In this document: positions 40,650 to 54,347 of the stretch, piece by piece
How positions within the stretch are numbered: the stretch's first letter is position 1
Layout: each line of letters opens with the position of its first letter
NCBI GenBank assembly: GCA_951406725.2
Contig: OX597835.1
Location: 20,336,001 to 20,400,000, forward strand
Length of the DNA: 64,000 bases
Source: Octopus vulgaris
Taxonomy: Eukaryota
Direction: 5' to 3'
Program-made: the position numbers and the translations under genes
The notes under the pieces: generated by a model
What the model saw: the letters and a program-made list of their open reading frames with translations, nothing else
What the model was told of the DNA's origin: nothing
Database searches by the model: none

Positions 40650-41705
40650 ATATTAAGGCTAATTAGAAGATAGAGTACTTGAAAAAGAAATATAAACAAT
40701 ATTAAAGTTTGTGTAAAAACGTTATTTGGGTAAAAACGTTATTTAATCTTAAGGCTAATTAGTGGATAGAGTATCTGAAAATGTATTAGCAATATTAATA
40801 TTATATTAGAGTGTGGATAAAAACGTTGTTTAATCTTAAGGCTAATTAGGAGATAGAGTATCTGAAAATATATTAGCAATATTAATATTATATTAGAGTG
40901 TGGGTAAAAAAAACGTTATTTAATCTTAAGGCTAATTTGGAGATAGAGTATCTGAAAATATATTAGCAATATTAATATTATATTAGAGTGTGGGTAATAT
41001 TAAACGTTATTTAATTTAATCTTAAGGCTAATTAGAAGACAGAGTATCTGAAGAATTATTAACAATATTAAAACAATATTAAACGTTATTTAATTTAATC
41101 TTAAGGCTAATTAACAATAATTATTAACAATATTAAACAATATTAAACGTTATTTAATTTAATCTTAAGGCTAATTAGAAGATAGAGTATCTGAAGAATT
41201 ATTAACAATATTAAAACAATATTAAACGTTATTTAATTTAATCTTAAGGCTAATTAACATTAATTATTAACAATATTAAACAATATTAAACGTTATTTAA
41301 TTTAATCTTAAGGCTAATTAACAATAATTATTAACAATATTAAACAATATTAAACGTTATTTAATCTAATCTTAAGGCTAATTAACAGTAATTATTAACA
41401 ATATTAAAAAATTTTAAACGTTATTTAATTTAATCCTAAGGCTAATTAACAATAATTATTAACAATATTAAACAATATTAAACGTTATTTAATTTAATCC
41501 TAAGGCTAATTAACAATAATTATTAACAATATTAAACAATATTAAACGTTATTTAATTTAATCTTAAGGCTAATTAACAATAATTATTAACAATATTAAA
41601 CAATATTAAGCGTTATTTAATTTAATCCTAAGGCTAATTTGACGGTATCAATATTAAACGTTATTTAATTTAATCTTAAGGCTAATTAGAAGATAGAGTA
41701 TCTAG
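40650..41705 (-). repeat. Tandem array of 15 monomers (48-96 bp, mostly 64 bp) upstream of ORF1
   Basis: Core (t/c)taaggctaatt at 40653, 40749, 40836, 40926, 41022, 41101, 41165, 41244, 41308, 41372, 41436, 41500, 41564, 41628 and 41676. Confidence 0.93.
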
Positions 41706-42167
41706 AAAATTATTATATCGAGAACATATATTGAAAATGTAAACAAACAAAATGACGATCGCAACTTTAAATAAGATGTGGGCCTAAGTGAAAGATAAAA
41801 TAGAATAATAAATAAAATATGAAATAGATGAAATTGATACTTAATCCAACAATGTGGTCTGGATTATTTTTTTTGGTTAACGGGATTTTTTTCAGGAGAG
41901 ATGCTTCTTTTTTCTTTCTTGCAGGAGATAACTTGATTCAGTTATTTTTGCACCATGTGCGTTTCGGCGAAAATGAAAATTACTGTGTATATGTATATAT
42001 TTATATATATATTTTAAAAAATATTTTTAACCAAAGTGTTGTAGTGATCTCTATGACTTAGAGTTTTACGTTTTGCAACTACAGTGGGTTATTTCGCCGA
42101 TCTATGCAAACTTTTTCACAGAGAAGAGGCAATACGTCTCTCTCTGTTAAAAACGGAACATACATAC

Positions 42168-42870
<703 letters not shown>

Positions 42871-42878
42871 GTATATTA

Positions 42879-43046
42879 AAAACCGTTAGATTCATTTCAA
42901 CATTTAAATTTAGTTTGTCAAGATATCTTCGCGACCTGTTCACTGACAAAATTCCGTGCTGCGCGGAATTTTGTCAGTGACGGTCTTAAAGCGACGAAAA
43001 TATTTTGACAAATTAAATTTAAATGTTGAAGTGAATCTAAAGTTTT
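42879..43046. repeat. ~165-bp imperfect palindrome (MITE/foldback-like)
   Basis: ttagattcatttcaacatttaaatttagtttgtcaagatat pairs with atattttgacaaattaaatttaaatgttgaagtgaatctaa; inner stem tcactgacaaaattccg/cggaattttgtcagtga. Confidence 0.85.
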
Positions 43047-43511
43047 GCGTGTTTCTTAAATGGCTTATAAACACCTTCTACGCTGCAATTGTTTCCGTTC
43101 CAGCACACTATCCGATATCAAGTCACTTGCTATGCAAATACATCTCCGTAATATATATCTTTATATGTATGTTCGTATATTTGCTTACACGCATGTGTGT
43201 GTCTATGCGCTCTAAATATACGGTTGTGTGTGTATTTGTGTGTGCGCATGCAAGTGCCACCAATATATAAGAATGGACAATTGTTTATTTGAATCAATGA
43301 CATTAACGCCTTGCACACTTCACCTTTATTCTCTTTAGTTTCAATTTAAGATATATAAAAATATTCGTCTGTATAAAATTACACTGCATCTCTTTTATGT
43401 ATGTGTGAGTTTCATTCAACGATTTTCTTGTTCGCTGAAAGAAGGATATAGACGTAGAAGTTCAGTCAACATGATGCCTATATGCGTGTGTTTTATGTTT
43501 GTGCGTGCGAA

Positions 43512-44173
43512 TAGAGATAGAGAGATAGATACAGGGAGAGAGACAGACAGACAGACAGACATACAGAGAGAGTCAGACAGACAGACAGAGAGAGAGTCAG
43601 ACAGACACAGAGAGAGTCAGACATACAGAGAGAGAGAGAGAGTCAGACAGACACCACAGAGAGAGAGAGTCAGTCAGTCAGACACACAGAGAGTCAGACA
43701 GACAGAGAGAGAGAGAGTCAGACAAACACCACAGAGAGAGTCAGACAGAGAGAGAGAGAGTCAGACAGACAGAGAGAGAGAGTCAGACAGACAGAGAGTG
43801 AGAGTCAGACATACAGAGAGAGAGAGAGTCAGACAGACACCACAGAGAGAGAGAGTCAGACAGACAGAGAGAGAGAGAGTCAGGCAGACACAGAGAGAGA
43901 GAGTCAGACAGACAGAGAGAGAGAGTCAGACAGACAGAGAGAGAGAGAGTCAGACAGACACAAACAGAAACACACAGACAGACACAAACAGAAACACACT
44001 GACAAACAGAGAGACAGACAGACATACATACAGACAGAGAGACAGTGTCAGACAGACACAGAGACAGTGTCAGACAGACACAATGAGAAACACACAGACA
44101 GACACAAAGAGAAACACACAGACAGACACAAAGAGAAACACACAGACAAACAGAGAGAGACAGACAGACAGAG
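43512..44173. repeat. Compound GA/GACA/GTCA micro-minisatellite
   Basis: Repeated gagagtcagacagaca units; source of the 270-aa low-complexity ORF. Confidence 0.93.
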
Positions 44174-44360
44174 ATGGGTGTGTACTTGTGTACTTGTGGG
44201 ATCTTCTTCCTGTGTAGCCATATATGTATATCTAACAAGTACATGATGTACTTTCGCGAACAAATACAAAGAGGCACGAACACATGTATACTAATATCTA
44301 TAAATGTGCATAAAATATATATATATATGTATATATATATGTATGAAAGCACACACACAC

Positions 44361-44407
<47 letters not shown>

Positions 44408-45015
44408 GAGAGAGACATACACACATATAGATATAAGCTCTCACCTCTTACATGTAACACATATACACAAATTCTTAAACAGATATACAGAGTAATCCAA
44501 CATTCCATACACGCAAGCACATTTACACACACACATACACACACACACACTCACACACACATACACTACGCACACACATACACACACTGAATCATTCTCC
44601 CTTTTACACAGAATTTCAATTAATCATTTCCCACTTAAAAACTTTTTCATGCCTTCTCTTGAAATATTCCCAGTTAATTAGTTTCGATGACTTTTACATC
44701 TTTTTTATATATTTCCTCTTCTTTCACTTCTTCCACTCCATTATTTTGTACTGAACATTTTTTTTATTAATGTTTAAATAATATTGATTCTTTTTCTGAA
44801 GTTTTACCTTTCCTACATTTGTTTATTTTTTTCCTAATCATATTTCGAAAGTATTTAATGTTTAATTATCATAGTATAAACAAACATTTTCGAAATCTAA
44901 CCATTTAGTTGTATATCAATGAATTTATGCATCAATCAGTTTTCTGGTTTGTATGTTTTTATTTTTGTTACTATCTGTCTGACTATATATCTATCTATAT
45001 ATTTTTTTCTTCTCT

Positions 45016-45399
45016 GGAAGCACTCCGTCGGTTACGACGACGAGGGTTCCGGTTGATCCGATCAACGGAACAGCCTGCTCGTGAAATTAACGTGCAAGTG
45101 ACTGAGCACTCCACAGACACGTGTACCCTTAACGTAGTTCTCAGGGATATTCAGCGTGACACAGAGAGTGACAAGGCCGGCCCTTTGAAATACAGGTACA
45201 ACACAAACAGGAAGTAAGAGTGAGAGAAAGTTGTGGTGAAAGAGTACAGCAGGGTTCACCACCATCCCTGCCGGACCCTCGTAGAGCTTTTGAGGTGTTT
45301 TCGCTCAATAAACACTCACAACGCCCGGTCTGGGGATCGAAACCGCCATCCTACGACCGCGAGTCCGCTGCCCTAACCACTGGGCCATTGCGCCTCCAC
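45016..45399 (-). mobile_element. SINE family B, full length
   Basis: Homologous to 2079-2464. Confidence 0.9.
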
Positions 45400-45416
45400 A
45401 TCTATATTTATATTTA

Positions 45417-45535
45417 TCTTACGGCCATATCACGTTGAAAGCAACGGTTCTCGTCCTATCACCGAAATTGAGCAACGTCGAGCTTAGTTGGTACTTAGAT
45501 GAGGGACCGCTTGGGAAACCTAGGTGGTGTAAGCG
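45417..45535 (+). rRNA. 5S rRNA dispersed copy, probably a pseudogene
   Basis: 119 nt: (t)cttacggccatatcacgttgaaagcaacggttctcgtcctatcaccgaaattgagcaacgtcgagcttagttggtacttagatgagggaccgcttgggaaacctaggtggtgtaagcg. Follows the metazoan 5S consensus with paired ends (cttac/gtaag), several substitutions in the internal control region, and a T-run about 10 nt downstream. Confidence 0.9.
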
Positions 45536-45554
45536 TCACACACCTTTTTTTATA

Positions 45555-46193
45555 GGCGTAGGAATGGCTGTGTGATAAGTAGCTTTGTCCCGAACCACAT
45601 AGTTTGCCGCGTTCAGTCCCACTGCGTTGCACCTGGGGCAAGTTTCTTCTACTATAGCATCGGGCCGACCAAAGCCTTGAGTGGATTTGGTAGACGGAAA
45701 CTGAAAGAATCCCGTCGTATATATGTATATGTACATATATATATATGTGTGTGTGTGTGTGATATTCTTTTAGTTGTTTCAGTCACTTGACTGCGGACAT
45801 ACTGGAGCACCGTCTTCAGTCGAACAAATCGACCCTAGCACTTACTCTTTGTAAGCCTGGTATTTATCCTATCGGACTCTTTTGTTGAACTGCTAAGTTG
45901 CGTGTACGTAAACGCATCAACATCACTTCTTAAATGGCGGTGGAGAGAGAGACACACGCACAAACATATATACTCTTTACTCTTTTACTCTTTTACTTGT
46001 TTCAGTCATTTGACTGCGGCCATGCTGGTGCACCGCCTTTAATCGAGCAACTCGACCCCGGGACTTATTCTTTGAAAGCCCAGTGCTTATTCTATCGGTC
46101 CCTTTTTGCCGAACCGCTAAGTGACGGAGGCATAAACACACCAGCATCGGTTGTCAAGCAATGCTAGGGGGACAAACACAGACGCACAAACAT

Positions 46194-46276
<83 letters not shown>

Positions 46277-46568
46277 TCCAACAGGCTTCTTTCAGTTTCC
46301 GTATACCAAATCCACTCACAAGGCATTGGTCAGCCCGAGGTTATAGCAGAAGACACTTGCCCAAGATGCTACTCAGTGGGACTGAACCCGGAACCATGTA
46401 GTTGGTAAGCAAGCTACTTACCACACAGCCACTCCTGCGCCTATACGACGGCTTTCTTTCAGTATCCGGCTACCAAATCCACTCAGAATGCTTTGGTCAG
46501 CCCAAGGCCATAGTAGAAAACACATATCCCCAGGCTAGAGAGAAAGCTTCTTGCCACATAGCCACTCC
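45555..46568. mobile_element. Cluster of SINE family A pieces: 5' half (+, 45555-45760), 3' half (-, 45764-45965), full copy (-, 45971-46442), 5' half (-, 46443-46568)
   Basis: Each segment aligns to family A. The full young copy appears nested in an older minus-strand copy. Confidence 0.85.
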
Positions 46569-46769
46569 TCTGTGTGTTTGTGTGTGTGCATGGTGGGATT
46601 ACAATAACGTCCAATAATATATTCTGGTGACGGCTAGAGGAGATCCGGATATTGTTATCGCCGTCCAGGTCGTGTTATATTCAACTCCTGATGGAACCAT
46701 TGGTATGTGTTTAATGGGCTTCATGCCTGGAAAAGTTCCCCTGATTCTAGATTTGATATTTTTTTCGAG

Positions 46770-46832
<63 letters not shown>

Positions 46833-47779
46833 AATGGAAAGAAGAATCAATCTTTATACTCCACCGGTATTTTATTTATCGATCCACAATTAATGAAAAA
46901 CAGATGACTGAGGCGGAATTTGAAAGCAAACCCTGATAGAACAAACCCTGGAAGTTTACCGTACGACTTCGCCGCAGTACCATCTTTCTTTGTAAAACAC
47001 TTTGGTTCATCTTGAGACGTTCGTTCTTCTTGATATATGTGAGAATAACAGCTGTCGTTGCATCTAATGATGCATCATTTTCTAAAGAAATAACACGTTT
47101 GATAACGTTTTTCCAAATGGTGTGTTCATCTGATTGCTTTTATTTGCTTATAGATCTACTGATTTTTTTGGGGTTTTTTTATCAGAGTAAGAGTTAAGTC
47201 GACCTAAATAATCTTCGATGATTTGAAAAATGTCTTGAAGTTTATGTAGCAACAGCTTAATTTTCCGAATTTTTTAAAACGTTTATGCTGACAATAGAAG
47301 ACTTTACTTCTTGAAAGGGCACCAGTCCACTGCCAGTTAAAACCCCAATTTGCCACTGGTATTTAATGTATGCAATAGAGCAGCATGGAATAAAATGGTT
47401 GCTGAGGGATACAGTGGTAGGCATAATCCAAGAATTAGTTTTGGTAATTCTATATTAATTGAAAATTTAAATAAATACAATTAACTTTCAGATACTTACA
47501 ACACAGTTGCAAAGTTGTGAAAGCCTACAACTCGAAGATTTTTAAGAAGATACTGAATTCTTCTTGCGACGCTATGGTATTTATTATCCTGCCATGTATA
47601 GAATTTACACTTCAAAATAGCATTTATAGCTCAAACAGTGTCACAGAGACATTTTATAGGTATCATGTTTCTTGTGCTGCCTCTTGTCACTCCTCTTACG
47701 AAACACTATAATCTGTGAATTGAATGATGGAAATCTTTCATGGTGAGAAATACTAAACTGGCCACCATTACCAACGTAA

Positions 47780-48060
47780 TCTACTATAAGATAACATGAA
47801 ATGTATTTGTCTGTTGCACTAAATATCAACCATTTTTCGCTAATTTGCAATTCACTGGAGATCTCTTTGCATAGCGGTATTATTTTGCTTTCAATCCAAT
47901 TTGTCAGCGACTGAACTCGCTGAAGAAATCTTGTCTTACTTATCTCCTATTATCATATCTGTAATTCGCAAAATTTTCAGTTCTCTCTCACAAGCGAACT
48001 TTCAGAGATTATTCGAGCAGCGAAAGAACGAAGAGAAGTTCCTTGGTCCTTGTGATTAAG
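47780..48060 (-). pseudogene. Possible very old LINE RT remnant
   Basis: Fragments DQGTSL... and MQRDL...SEKWLIFSATDK resemble PQGS and LQxDL..WxxxWxxxFNxxK; heavily degraded. Confidence 0.3.
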
Positions 48061-49185
48061 CTGTCCTTTTATTTCATCAGAATTTATCAAATTGATTCAT
48101 TAGTTTCTTTCAAGTTATCATTTAATCCTTTCTCCTACATTGAAACGGTGACAACATTTTCAAAGTATATAATTCTTAAAATTATAAGCTATCATATTGT
48201 CTATTACAGCCTATCTCCACTCAGTTATATTATTGCTTTGCTATTTTATTCACCACCACTGCGGCCACTGTCATACACACACACACACACTCTCTCTCTC
48301 TTTTCCTATCTCTTTATTTCTCTCTTCCTCTTTCATTCCATATCTATCTATTTCTTTCTGCATACGATTTAGCCATTTTCAGTTAAAGCTGATATCTTCT
48401 TCACTTCAACGTTGCATGATTTAATTTAATCTAGCATTTTCGCTTACAGTTTCAGCTCTACTTGTATATCTGCTTGATGGCCAGCTGTCATATTTTAAGC
48501 TTCGATAAGAGCAAACTTTGAACAACACGCCATACGGCTTCGCGGAAATTATCGACGCTGGAATTTAACTTGCGATTGAAGTGAGATATGTTTGCTTAAC
48601 AGGAATTCAAATATTAAACAGTTTACTACTAAGAAAATTCTCTTAATTCACCTACTGAAAATTTAAAATCCTATAACTTTACTGTCTATTGATTTATTTT
48701 CTAGCTTTTATATAGAGTCAGATTCCTTCCTTTCAAAAGTCACTCGTTTTCATCTGATTTTTACCTTATCGTGAGGCGTCATGTGACAAGCTTCCACGTC
48801 TCCTATTGTTGATAAACTTATTTGAAGAGTTTATTCACCGCGACAATGTGATTCATATATTCTTAACTACCCAGCTTGGTAGGTTGGCGCGATATTCTCA
48901 GTCCATTCCTCTCTTTATCGATTTAGCTTCTTAGTTATTAGAACATGGGCGAAGGATTTAAGAAACTGAGTTAAGATGAGGTAGAGAATATATATATATA
49001 AATTTTGCACATAGACACACACAAAGCGCGCGTGCATATATATATGTGTGTATTTGTATAGTATAAAAGAGATGTTATCCTAGGGGACACCATATCGCTT
49101 GAGGTCTACTTTGCCTTTCATCGTTTCGGGGTCGATAAATTAAGTACCACTGGCAAATATTTAAATCATCATTATTATTATTACT

Positions 49186-49415
49186 TATTTCTTTATTACC
49201 CACAAGGGGCTAAACACAGAGGGGACAAACACGGACAGACAAACGGATTAAGTCGATTACATCGACCCCAGTGCGTAACTGGTACTTAATTTATCGACCC
49301 CGAAAGGATGAAAGGCAAAGTCGACCTCGGCGGAATTTGAACTCACAACGTAACGCAGACGAAATACCGCTAAGCATTTCGCCCGGCGTGCGAACGTTTC
49401 TGCCAGCTCGCCGCC
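49186..49415 (-). mobile_element. SINE family C, full length
   Basis: Reverse complement of the 17476-17708 type. Confidence 0.9.
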
Positions 49416-50230
49416 TTATAATTAGTATTACTACTACTATTATTATTATTACTACATTATTATTATTACTACTATTAATACTATTAATACTACATTATTA
49501 TTATTACTACTACTACTACTTGCTACTGCTGCTACTTTTTTAATTTACGCAAAGATTAGACTGCTAGAAAAAAATTCCCAACCTCTGACTATAAGTAAGC
49601 TTAGATGCGAAGAACTTACCTCTAAGTATCTTATCTGCTCCGAGTAATACTTTTTTTCTAGAGCTGCGCTAATTTATGCTGATAACCTGCTTCTTTTATC
49701 CCTCAGTTACGACGTTTAGCAATAGGTAATAATGCAACAGTAATTTGTTATACGTTTTACCCACCCTTTCAATTTCATCAATGGCTAGATCCTGGTACAT
49801 TGCAATTTTATTTTATACTTCTCATACTGACTTTACAGTCATTTAGGACCGTAAAGTCAATTGCGTAGCACTTCCCGTTCTTTTTATTTGCTCCTATTGA
49901 ATCGGGTCCTCTAGCTTCTGTTACTCTGTTCCTTTGAATGTTAAAACCCCACATCATATATTTCTTTCTAACATTTTACTACCTTCCTACATAAATCCCA
50001 GCGGATTATTCTCTCTATGCTGTCATGTTTGCTTCTTGTATTCTTTTCGTGCCAGCATACTACATTCACTAACTCTGTGCCATACACCTTTGATTTACAT
50101 AACCTACATTGGGCATCTACCTGATTTTTGCTTATAATGGCTTTTATCCAGTTATTCCTCAATTAATTTTAAGCTGCTACTAACAAACTTTGTCAAAACT
50201 TTTCACACTTACTTTTTGCATCCACAACTA

Positions 50231-50727
50231 TACTCTTTTACTCTTTACTCTCTTTTACTTGTTTCAGTCATTTGACTGCGGCCATGCTGGAGCACCGCCT
50301 TTAGTCGAGAGCAAATCGACCCCGGGACTTATTCTTTGTAAGCCCAGTACTTATTCTATCGGTCTCTTTTGCCGAACCGCTACGTGACGGAGACGTAAAC
50401 ACACCAGCATCGGTTGTCAAGCAATGCTAGGGGGACAAACACAGACACACACACACACATATATATATTAAAATTTTATGTATTGATTAAGTCTTTCCTT
50501 GTTTGTTTTGCAAAATAGTGGTTTTGTCTCTAATAATATTTTATATATATATATATATATATATGGCAGCCTTCTTTCAGTTTCCGTCTACCAAATCCAC
50601 TCACAAGGCATTGGTCGGCCCGAGGCTATAGCAGAAGACACTTGCCCAAGATGCCACGCAGTGGGACTGAACCCGGAACCATGTGGTTTGTTAGCGAGCT
50701 ACTTACCACACAGCCACTCCTGCGCCT
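50231..50727 (-). mobile_element. SINE family A inserted in the R4/Dong relic
   Basis: Full head and tail; ~70 bp of extra sequence inside its TA tract. Confidence 0.9.
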
Positions 50728-51062
50728 ATGTTTCACTATTGCTATTTTCTGCAACTATCTTTGGAAATCTACCATGTAAAGCAACCTTTTCTTGCCAGTT
50801 AGATAAATCTGATTCTGTTTCTGGATTCTTACTAGATATGACTTTTTTGGTTCACAAACTCCTACAGGTACACAAGCGGCCCTGAAAGAATTTCCTCAGT
50901 ATTAACTATATCGTAGGCTATATCTCCTCTAGCTCAATCTACACACTCTTCAATGATATTAACCTCTACCACATTTCTTCCCTGGCAAATACAATCTTGC
51001 TACTTCTGTTCTAGGATAAGGCCAGCCATCCAAATGGAATTTCTTTCTAGTACTACTTGTAC

Positions 51063-51322
51063 AATTTGTACTACTAGAACAATTGATGTTGAGATAATGG
51101 AAGTGTTAATTAATGAGAATGATAAGAAGTCACCGATTAGGGTTAAAATAATATGGCCAGCTCTAATGTTTGCGGCGATTCGAATTGCTAAAGTTAAAGG
51201 CTGAACTCTAATACTTATAATTTCAATTAGGGGTAAGAAGGGGATTAGAAATGAAGGAGTACCTGAAGGTAAAAGAGATGCGAGGGATGAATAGCTATTG
51301 TTGTGATAGGATGAAATAATCA
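51063..51322 (-). pseudogene. atp6: NUMT: mitochondrial ATP synthase F0 subunit 6 fragment
   Basis: In the invertebrate mitochondrial code: SLASLLPSGTPSFLIPFLPLIEIMSISVQPLTLAIRIAANISAGHIILTLIGDFL, the hallmark PxGTP...IE..S...RP.TLA.R..AN..AGH of ATP6. AGA codons fall at expected Ser positions. Confidence 0.92.
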
Positions 51323-52359
51323 ATCTAAATAGATATAATAATTCGGATTTTGCCCAATCTACAAATGATTGTCTAAGAGACAATAATGTCCAAGTAATAA
51401 CAGGGTTCAATAGATTTGGATCATTCAGCTTTGACTTCGTTAATTTCCTCTCCCTTCTAACGCACTCCTTCTCAATTTTCTCTTTCAGTTCTATATTTTG
51501 TTTTGTATCAGATGTTGTTATTCCTAGATGTGTAAAGCTTTCTCCTTCCATGGATTCTAATGTCTCGCCATTTGATAACTAAATACCTTCACTTCTAAGA
51601 AACTGTCCATTTTTATAAATAATATTATGTACTTATTTGTGCCAAATTCCATACCCATATCTTTACTGAAGAGTCTTACAGTTTCAATAAAACAATCTCT
51701 TTCTATTCTTAGTAAAATGCTTCGGATCATATGTTTAGAGCAAATGCTTAAGTTGCCCTTATTAATCACATATTAATCACTATATTTCCAATGTCTCCTA
51801 TTCGATTTAATCAAATACTGAATTTGTATTAATTCACCGAATTAGTAGCTATTTTTTGGCGGACCGAATGCTTCTATAGAAAGTCCCTCATTGATTCATA
51901 TTTCCTTGGTTAAATGTTTAGGATTGACATGCAATTTTCAAATGCAATCTTTCCTCTCCATTTCAAACTGTACACTGATAAAGTGCACAACTCTTTTCAA
52001 ACCTGGAAATATGATTATATCTATTAGAAATCTTCCTTTTCATGCAATATATTGGAAGGTAAATAATTTTAATGTTTCCATCTTCCATTCTTCTACAATA
52101 TCTTGTAATCCCCCATTAATCCAGTCTCTCGACGAAGCTTTATAGTTGCGTCTAAAACAGGATATTCCACCAATTCAAGAACCATTTAGTTTCATTCCTC
52201 AGTGATTTCAGAAACTTGCTTATTACTATTTGATTTGTCTAGAAATAAATAGCCATATAATTCCTTTCGTAGTCAGAAATATCATTTCGAAATAAGTGAC
52301 ATAATGCAGCGATAGCCATATCAGTGTCATAACAGGATTTCCTATTTCACTTCGTATTG

Positions 52360-52394
<35 letters not shown>

Positions 52395-52680
52395 ATTTAC
52401 ACATACGTATATGAAGGTGTCTGTGTAATGTTTGTATGTATGTGTGCTTATCGATATATTAAAACCTTGTGGCTATTTCCTCTAATGATATTTACCCAGC
52501 TCCTATGGGGATATCCGTTACTTCAATATACGCTGCCATAATTTCCTATTGCAATACTAACATCCGAAATATTTCAAGCAATAATGGATGTCTTGTGGGC
52601 AAATTTCTAAGTGGAATGGCTTTATGGAAGACGTTTGCAATGACCTAATAGATAAACAGACGGTATGAGCGCTCTACTGC

Positions 52681-52857
<177 letters not shown>

Positions 52858-53206
52858 AACACCAACCATTCCTGAGTGGAGGTTACGGACTTCCTGGAAA
52901 CTAAACAATAATTCGGATCTTGGCAATTACTTATATTAACGAAACATATTCAATTATTCGTGGAATTTAATATTTCATTTATTATTATTTTATTAATCTT
53001 CTACTTTTCAATTATTCACATGAAGATTTCACACAGAATTAGAGGATAATTGTATTAATATATACATAGGAACTGTGAGAGCGTCCTGCACACATTCACA
53101 AGCAAACACACAAACATATATATTCATGCGCACAAGCTCTTACGCGCATTCTCAAACGTGATATCATAAAATGTAGAAGTGATTCGATTATTCAGCCATT
53201 TCTACA

Positions 53207-53527
53207 GTCACTCCGTCGGTTACGACGACGAGGGTTCCAGTTGATCCGCTCAACGGGACAGTTTCCTCGTGAAATTAACATGTCCCTGGCTAAGCACTCT
53301 ACAGTCACGAGTACCCTTAATGCAGTTCTAAGAGGTTTTCGGTGTGACACAGAATGTGACAAGGCGGGCTCTTTGCAGTACAGGTGCAGCGCATCTTTGC
53401 CAGCTGATTAGACTGAAGCAACGTGAAATAAAGTGCCGTGCTCTAGGACACAACGCGTCGCTGTGAATTCAACTCACTACCCTTCGATCGTAAGCGGAAA
53501 AGCCTAACCACTAAGCCACGCATCTTC
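53207..53527 (-). mobile_element. Older family B-related SINE with the same 3' half but a different 5' body
   Basis: cactccgtcggttacgacgacgagggttcc...gtgacaagg is shared with family B; the head side differs. Confidence 0.7.
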
Positions 53528-53807
53528 ATATTCTGCCATTTAATTCGTTACTTTATAGTTTTTATTTCTTTTTCTATTTGTTTCAACCGGGAGGAGACAG
53601 CTGTGTATCATGAATTTGTAAGCTGTCCGATATTGATGATGTTCTTGTTCTGAACTTACCTCTTCAAAAATTGAAAACAAACAGCTGTAAGTAATATACG
53701 TTCAAGAAGAAATACGAGAAATAAATTATAGCAATTGAAGAAGGTTAAGGTGTGATTTAGTATGGGAAATTTAGATAAGGTGGAAGACAAGGCTTCACAA
53801 TAAATAC

Positions 53808-54010
53808 CTATTTCTTTACAACCCACAAGGGGCTAAACACAGAGAGGACAAACAAGGACAGACACACGGATTAAGTCGATTATATCGACTCCAGTGCGTA
53901 ACTGGTACTTATTTAATCGACCCCGAAAGGGTGAAAGGCAAAGTCGACCTCGGCGGAATTTGAACTCAGAACATAACGACAGACGAAATACGGCTACGCA
54001 CTTCGCCCGG
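53808..54010 (-). mobile_element. SINE family C, 5'-truncated
   Basis: Homologous to 49186-49415. Confidence 0.85.
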
Positions 54011-54014
54011 CTAA

Positions 54015-54200
54015 TTACACCAGCACCACGACACCTATATTTACGGTCCATTGTAGCTCGACCTTCATGTGAAACAGAAAGATTATGTTTCTTCACGGAC
54101 ATTATCCCGAAACCATTTCTAAAACATATGAACAGCCATATTAGAGATGGCCTAGATATGTTAACAGTGGACTCTGTTTCTATATAAACCTAATTATATG
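54015..54200 (+). pseudogene. Penelope-like RT remnant
   Basis: LRSIVARPSCETERLCFFTDIIPKPFLKHMNSHIRDGLDML resembles the PLE RT segment RPIV...T..LS.F.D.LL.P......SY.RD..D.L. Confidence 0.55.
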
Positions 54201-54347
54201 AGCTGCTTGCTATTGTATGAGGTAGCTGTTTCCTCTTTGTTTTTGTATTAAAGAGGCTATTGCAATTACACTGCATCCATTCATTTGCATATTAACACAT
54301 TGAAACATGCATCATTACACTTATATGAATATACATACATATATATA

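Larger units (their letters stand above)
36627..42167 (-). mobile_element. Near full-length CR1-group (CR1/L2/Crack-like) LINE, ~5.5 kb
   Basis: 5' region with tandem array, ORF1, overlapping APE-RT ORF2, short 3' UTR with stem-loop and (TCAA)n tail; same AAAC-punctuated TA array on both sides. The 5' boundary is inferred from where the array resumes. Confidence 0.9.
49540..52200 (-). pseudogene. Degraded R4/Dong-like (restriction-like endonuclease) non-LTR retrotransposon
   Basis: Minus-strand fragments FSKDMGMEFGTNK; FTHLG...KEKIEKECVRRERKLTKSKLN; YPRTEVARLYLPRK; CRLC...KHDSIERIIRWDLCRK; ARGPDS...KCYAIDFTV; LLGADKILR. The 3' end abuts a (TAA/TAG)n tract at 49420-49537. Confidence 0.75.

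Noticed and set aside
40650-41705. CRISPR-like appearance of the regularly spaced repeats
   Set aside because: Inter-core sequences are themselves repeated rather than unique spacers, there are no cas genes, and the context is eukaryotic.
43405-44217. 270-aa RESQTD-rich ORF
   Set aside because: Encoded entirely by a GA/GACA compound repeat; no domain or codon signal.
46605-46770. Non-repetitive 165-bp stretch open on both strands between a SINE and (GA)n
   Set aside because: No recognisable protein motif or clear splice sites; cannot be called an exon.
51000-51551. 183-aa ORF as a real membrane-protein gene
   Set aside because: It is a chance in-frame join of a dead retroelement and an atp6 NUMT.
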